Shown here in pieces: positions 54,316 to 64,000 of a stretch of DNA of 64,000 bases; the first letter of the stretch is position 1, and each line of letters starts with the position of its first letter. The DNA is from Candidatus Onthomorpha sp. Its GTDB lineage: Bacteria; Bacteroidota; Bacteroidia; Bacteroidales; P3. The stretch is taken from assembly GCA_045635365.1 (NCBI GenBank), contig JAZRCB010000039.1, positions 65,986 through 129,985 on the forward strand, in the 5' to 3' direction. A model generated the notes under the pieces. The model was given only the letters and a program-made list of their open reading frames with translations. It did no database searches and was not told where the DNA came from. The position numbers and the translations under genes are program-made.

Positions 54316-55005
54316 TTATCTTAATTTCGCTCTTATTACTTGACTATCTTTTTCTATTAGTTCTTTTATCTTCATCAAGCCGTCTTGCAATGCAAGTGTT
54401 GCTGCTCGTCTTTGGAATTCGTAATAGCCATGATAGAATGCCATAGATTCTTTTGCATATCCTCTTTCATTGAATTTGGCTACTAAATTATTTCTTGAGT
54501 CATAGATTTCTACTATTACTTCAAGTTCTGTTACGTTTGAACAGAATGGCATTCCAAATAGGTTTAGTGTTCCAAAGGTAAAGCCACTTAACCAAGACCA
54601 TTTGTAGTTATTTTTGTTGTAAATTGCTCCTGCTCTCAAGACAATATTTCCTTGACGTTTTGTTGTTTCATCGCAAATATTGTTTGTGACTTCATTAACA
54701 AATACAGTTGCGGCGTCTTGTATGCGTTTTTCGGCTGTGTAAAGTTTTGTCTTTTCTGTTATTTCAAAAACGCCTTTGCCGTATGGTGTTTCTGTTAATC
54801 CGTATGGACTTCTTAAATCATCTGATACTTTGATTGAATAGGAGTTTGCGCCATAGGCATTTTCAAATGATGGTTGGTCTATCCAACATGTTAGGCGTGG
54901 CAATAGACTCGCATTTTGATAATCTGGTTCAAATAGGTCTTGTTCTAATGATTTACAAGAACTCAATCCAATGATAATAGTTAATAGTAATAATATTTTC
55001 TTCAT
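54316..55005 (-). CDS. Hypothetical lipoprotein (229 aa)
   Basis: Lipobox MKKILLLLTIIIGLSSC. No family recognised. Confidence 0.6.
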   Translation of the reverse strand: MKKILLLLTIIIGLSSCKSLEQDLFEPDYQNASLLPRLTCWIDQPSFENAYGANSYSIKVSDDLRSPYGLTETPYGKGVFEITEKTKLYTAEKRIQDAATVFVNEVTNNICDETTKRQGNIVLRAGAIYNKNNYKWSWLSGFTFGTLNLFGMPFCSNVTELEVIVEIYDSRNNLVAKFNERGYAKESMAFYHGYYEFQRRAATLALQDGLMKIKELIEKDSQVIRAKLR

Positions 55006-55022
55006 ATTTAATTATTGTTTTG

Positions 55023-56312
55023 TTACTTTGTTACTTTGTAATATTGAAGAGTTGAATCTATTTCTTCAAGTGTTTCTTCTGTTATGTGATTTATATATTT
55101 TTCGTCAAAAGGTCTGGCTACTCTTATATAGTTTTCTGAGAATCCAAACATCAATCCATTTTCATTGTCTGCTTCCCATAAGACGCTTACTTTGTTTCCT
55201 TGATTTCTTTCGTAGAATTGTTGCTTTTTCTTCAAGGATAATTTTTGTAATTCTTGACTTCTTCTGCGTCTTTCTGATATTGGAACTTTTCCTTCCATCT
55301 TTGCAGCAATAGTATTTGGACGTTCTGAATAGGTAAATACATGCAAGAATGCAAGTGGTAATGATTCTATGAAGTTATAGGTTGATTGAAAGTCTTCTTC
55401 TGTTTCTTGTGGAAAGCCTACTATTACATCTGCTGCAATGAAAGCATGAGGCATTTTCTCTTTTATGTAGTTTACTCTTTGTGCAAATAGCTCTCTTTCA
55501 TATTTTCTATGCATTAGTTTTAGGATTTTGTTATCTCCTGATTGTAATGGTATATGAAAGTGTGGTAAAAAGGCTCTTGAGCTTGTACAAAAGTCTATTA
55601 TCTCTTCTGTTATTAGGTTCGGCTCTATGCTTGAGATTCTATATCGTTGTATTTCTTCTATTTCATCAAGGCGTTTTATAAGTTGCAAGAATGTTTCATT
55701 TGTGCTTTTTCCAAAATCGCCTATATTAACTCCTGTTAGTACTACTTCTTTCTTGTTTTCTTTTGCTAATTCTTTTGCACAAGAGATTATAGTTTCTAAA
55801 TTTTCGTTTCTGCTACGTCCTCTTGCATGTGGTATAGCACAATATGTGCAAAAATAATCACAACCATCTTGTACTTTTAAGAAAGAACGTGTTCTGTCGT
55901 CTGAGGAGTAAGATGTATAAAATGTTTTTAAACGAGAGATATCAAAGACTTGATTTGTTGGTGCATTAGTCTTTTGATGTGTTAATACATAATCAACTAA
56001 TTTATGTTTATCATCATTCCCTAATATGATATCTACTCCTTCTATTTTTTCTATTTGTTCTGGGTTTAATTGAGAAAAACAACCTATTACAGCAATTATT
56101 GCATTAGGGTTAAGGCTATGAGCTTGACGTATTGCATTACGACATTTCTTTTCTGCTATTTGAGTAACAGTACAAGTGTTTACTACATAAACATCTGCTT
56201 TCTCTTTGAAATCAACTTGCTTATATCCTGATTGTGCAAAGCGTCTTGCCAAATCTGAACTTTCTGCAAAGTTTAATTTACAACCTAATGTATGAAAAGC
56301 TATTGTTGACAA
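55023..56312 (-). CDS. mtaB: tRNA (t6A37) methylthiotransferase MtaB (radical SAM)
   Basis: 429 aa. FHTLGCKLNFAESS, VVNTCTVT, QDGCDYFCTYCAIP. Confidence 0.85.
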   Translation of the reverse strand: MSTIAFHTLGCKLNFAESSDLARRFAQSGYKQVDFKEKADVYVVNTCTVTQIAEKKCRNAIRQAHSLNPNAIIAVIGCFSQLNPEQIEKIEGVDIILGNDDKHKLVDYVLTHQKTNAPTNQVFDISRLKTFYTSYSSDDRTRSFLKVQDGCDYFCTYCAIPHARGRSRNENLETIISCAKELAKENKKEVVLTGVNIGDFGKSTNETFLQLIKRLDEIEEIQRYRISSIEPNLITEEIIDFCTSSRAFLPHFHIPLQSGDNKILKLMHRKYERELFAQRVNYIKEKMPHAFIAADVIVGFPQETEEDFQSTYNFIESLPLAFLHVFTYSERPNTIAAKMEGKVPISERRRRSQELQKLSLKKKQQFYERNQGNKVSVLWEADNENGLMFGFSENYIRVARPFDEKYINHITEETLEEIDSTLQYYKVTK

Positions 56313-56313
56313 T

Positions 56314-59494
<3,181 letters not shown>

Positions 59495-59504
59495 TTTGTT
59501 CTAA

Positions 59505-60953
59505 TTAAATTTTACTTTTTTCAATAAGACTTTTAACAAATTCCACCATTAGTCTAAGTCCATAACCACTTGCTCCTTTCATGATATAATCTCTCTTTCT
59601 TTCAAACATTGCTACACCTGCTATATCCAAATGTATGTATGGATAATCTGTAAAGTGTGCTAGGAATTTTCCTGCTGTAATCATTCCTGCTTCTCCTGGA
59701 CCACAGTTTTTTATATCTGCAATATCTGATTTTATCAATTCATCATATTCACTCCAAAATGGAAATTCAGCAATTCTCTCATAAGCTCTTTCCCCTGCAT
59801 CTTTCATTATTGCCATATATTCTTTGGCATCTTGCTCTACTGCCGCTATTCCGTAAGGGCCTATTGCTCTTGCTGCTGCTCCTGTTAGAGTTGCTGCATC
59901 TACAACCAAAAACGGAGATAATTTCTTCGCATAAGAGAGAGCATCTGCTAAAATTAGTCTTCCTTCTGCATCGGTATTTACAACCTCAACATTAGTTCCA
60001 TCATACATATTGATGATATCTCCACTTGCGTAAGCATTAAAACCAGGACGATTATCTGTTGAAGGGAAAACTCCCACTACATGAATTGGTAATCCCAAAG
60101 AAGCAATAGCATAAATAGCTGTTGCCATCATAGCAGCACCTGCCATATCTTCTTTCATGTCATTCATGTAATCGCCAGGTTTCAAATTCAATCCACCTGT
60201 ATCGTAAACTAATCCTTTACCTACTAAAACCAAAGGCGCTTCATTAGAGCCCTCAGGACGATATCTCATAATAGTAAAAGTTGGAGGATCAACACTACCT
60301 TGATTTACTGCAAGAAGTCCACCCATTTTTTCATCCTCTATTTTATCCTTATGCCAAACCTCTACTTCTATTCCCGCCTCATGAGACATGTTTACGAAAG
60401 CAGTTGCTAATCCTTCTGCATTGAGACTACAATAAGGTTCATTAACTAAATCTCTATATTTTTCAACTGCTCTTGCAATAACGATAGCCTCTTCTATATC
60501 ATTATTTTCAACAAATGGATTTACAACAAACAAATTATCAAAAGGGTGAATTGTTTGTTTAGCATCTGTTTTGTAGTTATCAAAAGTATAGCTTGCAAGC
60601 AACATTCCTTCCACAAAGCCCATTGCATACTCTTTTTGAACATCACTAACAAATTGTAAATCCTTAATATACTCCTTATCACAAAAGTCTAAAATCTTTG
60701 CTCCCAACTTTCTAAATGCTTCAACCTGCAAATTCAAATCTTTTTTCTTAGGAACAACTGCTACACACAACCATTGCGACAACTGATTAAAAGCAAAAAA
60801 ATCTTTATCATTTTCCTGAATTTGTTGATTTACGAAACTTAAAATATCGTGCTCAACAAACTTAGAAGAAATTACATCATTCTCATCTTTGATAAAAACA
60901 AAGAGTTTAGAAACCCCTTGCTTCATTGTTATCAATCTTTCAATGCTTATCAT
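59505..60953 (-). CDS. pepA: Leucyl aminopeptidase (M17 family)
   Basis: VGKGLVYDTGGLNLKP, MKEDMAGAA, NTDAEGRLILADAL. Start moved from track TTG 60992, which overlaps the -7 box, to ATG 60953. ATG 60926 is an alternative start. Confidence 0.85.
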   Translation of the reverse strand: MISIERLITMKQGVSKLFVFIKDENDVISSKFVEHDILSFVNQQIQENDKDFFAFNQLSQWLCVAVVPKKKDLNLQVEAFRKLGAKILDFCDKEYIKDLQFVSDVQKEYAMGFVEGMLLASYTFDNYKTDAKQTIHPFDNLFVVNPFVENNDIEEAIVIARAVEKYRDLVNEPYCSLNAEGLATAFVNMSHEAGIEVEVWHKDKIEDEKMGGLLAVNQGSVDPPTFTIMRYRPEGSNEAPLVLVGKGLVYDTGGLNLKPGDYMNDMKEDMAGAAMMATAIYAIASLGLPIHVVGVFPSTDNRPGFNAYASGDIINMYDGTNVEVVNTDAEGRLILADALSYAKKLSPFLVVDAATLTGAAARAIGPYGIAAVEQDAKEYMAIMKDAGERAYERIAEFPFWSEYDELIKSDIADIKNCGPGEAGMITAGKFLAHFTDYPYIHLDIAGVAMFERKRDYIMKGASGYGLRLMVEFVKSLIEKSKI

Positions 60954-60981
60954 AATTTCACAATTATTCAATTTAATTGCA

Positions 60982-60989
60982 CAAAGATA
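60982..60989 (-). promoter_or_regulatory. Bacteroidota -7 promoter box (TATCTTTG on minus strand)
   Basis: CAAAGATA on +. It lies 28 nt upstream of ATG 60953. Confidence 0.5.
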
Positions 60990-61010
60990 CAAAATAAAAA
61001 CAAAATACCT

Positions 61011-61018
61011 TATCTTTG
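61011..61018 (+). promoter_or_regulatory. Bacteroidota -7 promoter box (TATCTTTG)
   Basis: Matches TAnnTTTG, 21 nt upstream of ATG 61040. It is divergent from the pepA promoter. Confidence 0.5.
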
Positions 61019-61039
61019 CAGAAATAAAAACGAATTTAT

Positions 61040-63946
61040 ATGAAACAATTATTCTTTACATTACTAATTTGTATTTCTCTTTCTTTGTTTGGCGAGAATG
61101 ATTCTAAGAATAAAAAAAATGAATCAAAGAATAAAGAAATTAATTCTTTGATTGCACAAATGTCTTTACGAGAAAAAGTTGGACAACTCATAATGATAGG
61201 AGCAGATACTGACTTAAACAAAAAATATTGCGAAAAAATCCTAAAAGATATTGATTCAAACAAAGTCGGAGGAGTTTGTTTCTTTAAGGGCAAAAGCGAC
61301 AATTTACCAAAACTTATAGAAAAATACAACTCTATTTGTAAGATTCCTTTGCTTGTTTCAATAGATGCGGAATGGAGTCTTTCAATGCGTTTACATGACT
61401 TAACACCTTTCCCAAGAGCAATGGCATTTGGAGCATTGGATTCTAACGACTATAACTTGGTTTATAAGAAAGCAGATATTATTGGAAAGCAATGTAATAC
61501 ACTTGGAATACATATCAACTTTGCTCCTGCCGTTGATATAAATCTTAACCCTGCTAACCCAGTTATTAACACACGTTCTTTCGGACAAAACAAATGGAAA
61601 GTTTCTCTCCTTTCAGAACAATACATCAAAGGTTTACAAGACAATAACGTAATGGCAGTTATAAAACACTTCCCAGGACATGGCGACACTGATTTAGACT
61701 CTCACCTTAACCTTCCAACAATAAATCACAGCAAAGACTTCATTGACACAGTTGATTTAATCCCTTTTAAATATAATATCGAAAAAGGAGTTTGGGGAGC
61801 AATGATTGCACACCTCAACGTTCCTGCTTTAAACAAAAATTACAACTATCCAGCATCAATAAACCCCGATATTATTCAAGGCTATTTAATAGATAAGCTA
61901 AACTTTGAAGGACTTATTTTCACTGATGCCATGAATATGAAAGGCTTAACTAACGATTACCCTGACGGACAAGCACAAGTTTTAGCCTTAAAAGCAGGAG
62001 TAGATGTTCTTCTTATGCCTAACAACACAGATTCAGCAATGAACGCCATACTTACTGCCATAGAAAATGGAGAATTAAGTGAAGAATTGATAGATGCAAA
62101 ATGCAGAAAAGTACTTGAATGGAAGTATAAACTTGGAGTAATAAAGCCAAAAGCTGAACCAAAACCTTTAAGCAAAAAACAAAAAGAAGAAATCGGTATT
62201 TTATGTGATAGCATTGCTCCAAAAGTATTGACACTATTAGAAAACAAAAACAATATTCTTCCACTTGATGCTAAAGACAAAGAAGAAGTAATCTTCATTA
62301 GCATTGACAACAATGACTACTCTCCTTTCATTAAACAAGCAAAAAAATACAAAGACATAAAAAGCTACAGCATTAACAATAAAACAAAGGAAGATGATTA
62401 CGAGAAAATAATGAACGAAATTGACTCTACAAAAACCGTAATCATAGCAGCAAGCGGTGGTGTTAATTCAAAAAAGACAGATAACTACGGAATCAATCAA
62501 AAAAGTCTTGAAACACTTTTCGCTATACAAGAAACAAAAGCAAAAAATATTTTAGTTCTTTTTGCTAATCCTTACGTTTTAGAAAGTATTGACACAATAT
62601 GTGATTACAACGCCTTAATAGTTGCTTATCAAAACACTACACAACTACAATCTGCCGCAGCAAAAAGCATATTTACTCCACACAACTTCACAGGTAGTCT
62701 ACCTGTTGATGGTTCTCAAACCTACAAAGCAAGCCCTGATTTTGCGATAGAATTACCAAAACCCGAACCTTCAAAGTTTAGCAAAATAGATTCTTTGATA
62801 AATCTTGGTATAAGTCAAGAAGCATACCCAGGGGCACAAGTCTTGATTGCAGAAAAAGGAGAAATAATCTATAAAAAGAATGCTGGGTATCAAACCTACG
62901 AAAACAAAACAGCAATAAACGATAGTTCCATTTACGATTTAGCATCATTAACAAAAGTAATGGCAACAACGCTTGCAGTAATGAAACTATATGATGAAAA
63001 GAAATTTTCTCTTGATGATAGACTTTCTGACTATCTTCCTTTCCTTAAAAGAACAAATAAAAAGAAAACAACAATAAGAGAAGTGCTTTCACATTGTGGA
63101 AGACTGAAAGCATACCTGCCAATTTGGGTTCACGCTCTAAAAACAGCAGAACAAGATAGTACACTTTTTGCTTGTAGTATGGAAGATAGTGATGACTATT
63201 TCCAACTAACCGATTCTCTTTATGTTCACAAAAAATATAGAGAAGATATATTTAAACAAATATGCGACTCACCTTTAAACGAAAAACACAAATACGTTTA
63301 TAGCGATTTAGGATTTATCTTACTTGGAGAACTTGTTGAGATTTTGTCAGGACAAACTCTTGATGTGTATCTTGAAGAAAACTTTTACGAACCATTGAAT
63401 TTAACCCACACAGACTTTCGCCCAAAAGAAACTCAAAATATCAAAAACATTGTTCCAACAATAGAAGCAGTCGATTTCAGAAATAGTCAAATAAGAGGAA
63501 ATGTTCATGATGAAACAGCAGCATTACTTGGAGGAGTTGCTGGACACGCAGGACTGTTTTCTACAAGCGAAGACTTATTTGTGATTTGTCAAATGCTACT
63601 TAACAAAGGAGAATACAACGGAAAAAGATACATAGACTCAACCACAGTAGATTTATTCACAAAAACACACTTTGAAAAACACAACAACCGTAGAGGATTA
63701 GGTTGGGACAAACCTTTATTACGTTCAAAATCTTCTCATACTTCAAAATACGCAAGCAAAAGCAGTTATGGACACAGCGGATTTACAGGAACATACCTAT
63801 GGATTGACCCTAAAAACCAAACAATACTTATATTCCTTTCAAACAGAGTATATCCTGATGCAAAAACTAATAAATTAGCGAAACTAAATATAAGAACCGA
63901 TATTCACGATTTAATATACGAAATACTAAAAGATGAATCTAAATAA
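61040..63946 (+). CDS. Fusion of a GH3 beta-N-acetylhexosaminidase (NagZ-like) and a serine-hydrolase (class C beta-lactamase/AmpH-like) domain
   Basis: 968 aa with a signal peptide. GH3 part (KVGQLIMIG, KHFPGHGDTDLDSH, FTDAMNMKG). Beta-lactamase-fold part (DLASLTKVMAT = SxxK, YSDLGF, HSGFTGT). Confidence 0.85.
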   Translation: MKQLFFTLLICISLSLFGENDSKNKKNESKNKEINSLIAQMSLREKVGQLIMIGADTDLNKKYCEKILKDIDSNKVGGVCFFKGKSDNLPKLIEKYNSICKIPLLVSIDAEWSLSMRLHDLTPFPRAMAFGALDSNDYNLVYKKADIIGKQCNTLGIHINFAPAVDINLNPANPVINTRSFGQNKWKVSLLSEQYIKGLQDNNVMAVIKHFPGHGDTDLDSHLNLPTINHSKDFIDTVDLIPFKYNIEKGVWGAMIAHLNVPALNKNYNYPASINPDIIQGYLIDKLNFEGLIFTDAMNMKGLTNDYPDGQAQVLALKAGVDVLLMPNNTDSAMNAILTAIENGELSEELIDAKCRKVLEWKYKLGVIKPKAEPKPLSKKQKEEIGILCDSIAPKVLTLLENKNNILPLDAKDKEEVIFISIDNNDYSPFIKQAKKYKDIKSYSINNKTKEDDYEKIMNEIDSTKTVIIAASGGVNSKKTDNYGINQKSLETLFAIQETKAKNILVLFANPYVLESIDTICDYNALIVAYQNTTQLQSAAAKSIFTPHNFTGSLPVDGSQTYKASPDFAIELPKPEPSKFSKIDSLINLGISQEAYPGAQVLIAEKGEIIYKKNAGYQTYENKTAINDSSIYDLASLTKVMATTLAVMKLYDEKKFSLDDRLSDYLPFLKRTNKKKTTIREVLSHCGRLKAYLPIWVHALKTAEQDSTLFACSMEDSDDYFQLTDSLYVHKKYREDIFKQICDSPLNEKHKYVYSDLGFILLGELVEILSGQTLDVYLEENFYEPLNLTHTDFRPKETQNIKNIVPTIEAVDFRNSQIRGNVHDETAALLGGVAGHAGLFSTSEDLFVICQMLLNKGEYNGKRYIDSTTVDLFTKTHFEKHNNRRGLGWDKPLLRSKSSHTSKYASKSSYGHSGFTGTYLWIDPKNQTILIFLSNRVYPDAKTNKLAKLNIRTDIHDLIYEILKDESK

Positions 63947-64000
63947 ACTCGCACAAGAATATCACAATTCAGACTTTATAAAGAGCGACCCTGTACAATT
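63933..64000 (+). CDS. 5' end of a CDS continuing beyond the window (possibly DUF2400/TIGR02757-like)
   Basis: My translation from ATG 63933: MNLNKLAQEYHNSDFIKSDPVQ..., open to the window end. It overlaps the preceding stop by 14 nt. The family guess rests only on an 'FIxxDP' start remembered from that family. Confidence 0.35.
   Translation, partial: MNLNKLAQEYHNSDFIKSDPVQ

Overview
AT-rich chromosomal segment (about 30% G+C by eye, not computed). I assign it to Bacteroidota for three reasons. It has type IX secretion (T9SS) genes, an LpxC/FabZ fusion, and TAnnTTTG -7 promoter boxes 20-40 nt upstream of many start codons. I support about 50 protein-coding genes, one tRNA-Phe(GAA), about 12 intrinsic terminators and about 20 -7 boxes. 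I saw no rRNA, CRISPR array, transposase or integrase.

Gene content, left to right:
- 1-2801: an NdpA-like nucleoid protein (partial) and a 702-aa secreted helical protein.
- 2891-5067: a lytic transglycosylase, tRNA-Phe and a LuxR-type regulator.
- 5143-13878, minus strand: a glycan block. It holds an 84-aa PEP-CTERM-like protein, a GT4 glycosyltransferase, a CapD/WbpM-like dehydratase, a 961-aa FAD/Fe-S oxidase, a FemAB-like protein, and WbpB-like and WbpD-like enzymes.
- 13946-16130: mnmA and a second GT4 gene.
- 16469-28057, minus strand: an LRR T9SS cargo, a DUF4831-like protein, a WG-repeat protein, aguA/aguB, a DMT transporter, a TonB-dependent receptor and holA.
- 28153-36253: a core T9SS cluster (gldJ, porP/sprF, porU, porV) followed by ispF.
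- 36390-51288: two paralogous T9SS cargo genes, with parE, lpxA, lpxC-fabZ, rpmG, a DUF4295 gene, ftsY and rimO between them.
- 51345-60953, minus strand: a second T9SS module (lipoprotein, PorP/SprF, PorE-like OmpA protein) at the end of a pepA-pdxA-ligA-mtaB string.
- 61040-63946: a GH3/beta-lactamase-fold fusion.

Most interesting observations:
1. Seven intergenic arrays of CAAAGA-type direct repeats are spaced exactly 21 nt apart (21-22 in one family). Six sit just upstream of promoters of genes for signal-peptide proteins. One pair is a perfect 55-nt direct repeat bracketing a T9SS cargo gene.
2. An 84-aa protein has a PEP-CTERM-like tail. It lies beside LuxR-type and FemAB-like genes, but no exosortase is visible in the window.
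3. A YdiJ-type FAD/Fe-S 2-hydroxyacid oxidase is tightly coupled in an operon with a WbpB-like enzyme, suggesting 2-hydroxyglutarate recycling.

All family assignments come from motif recognition by eye. No searches were run.
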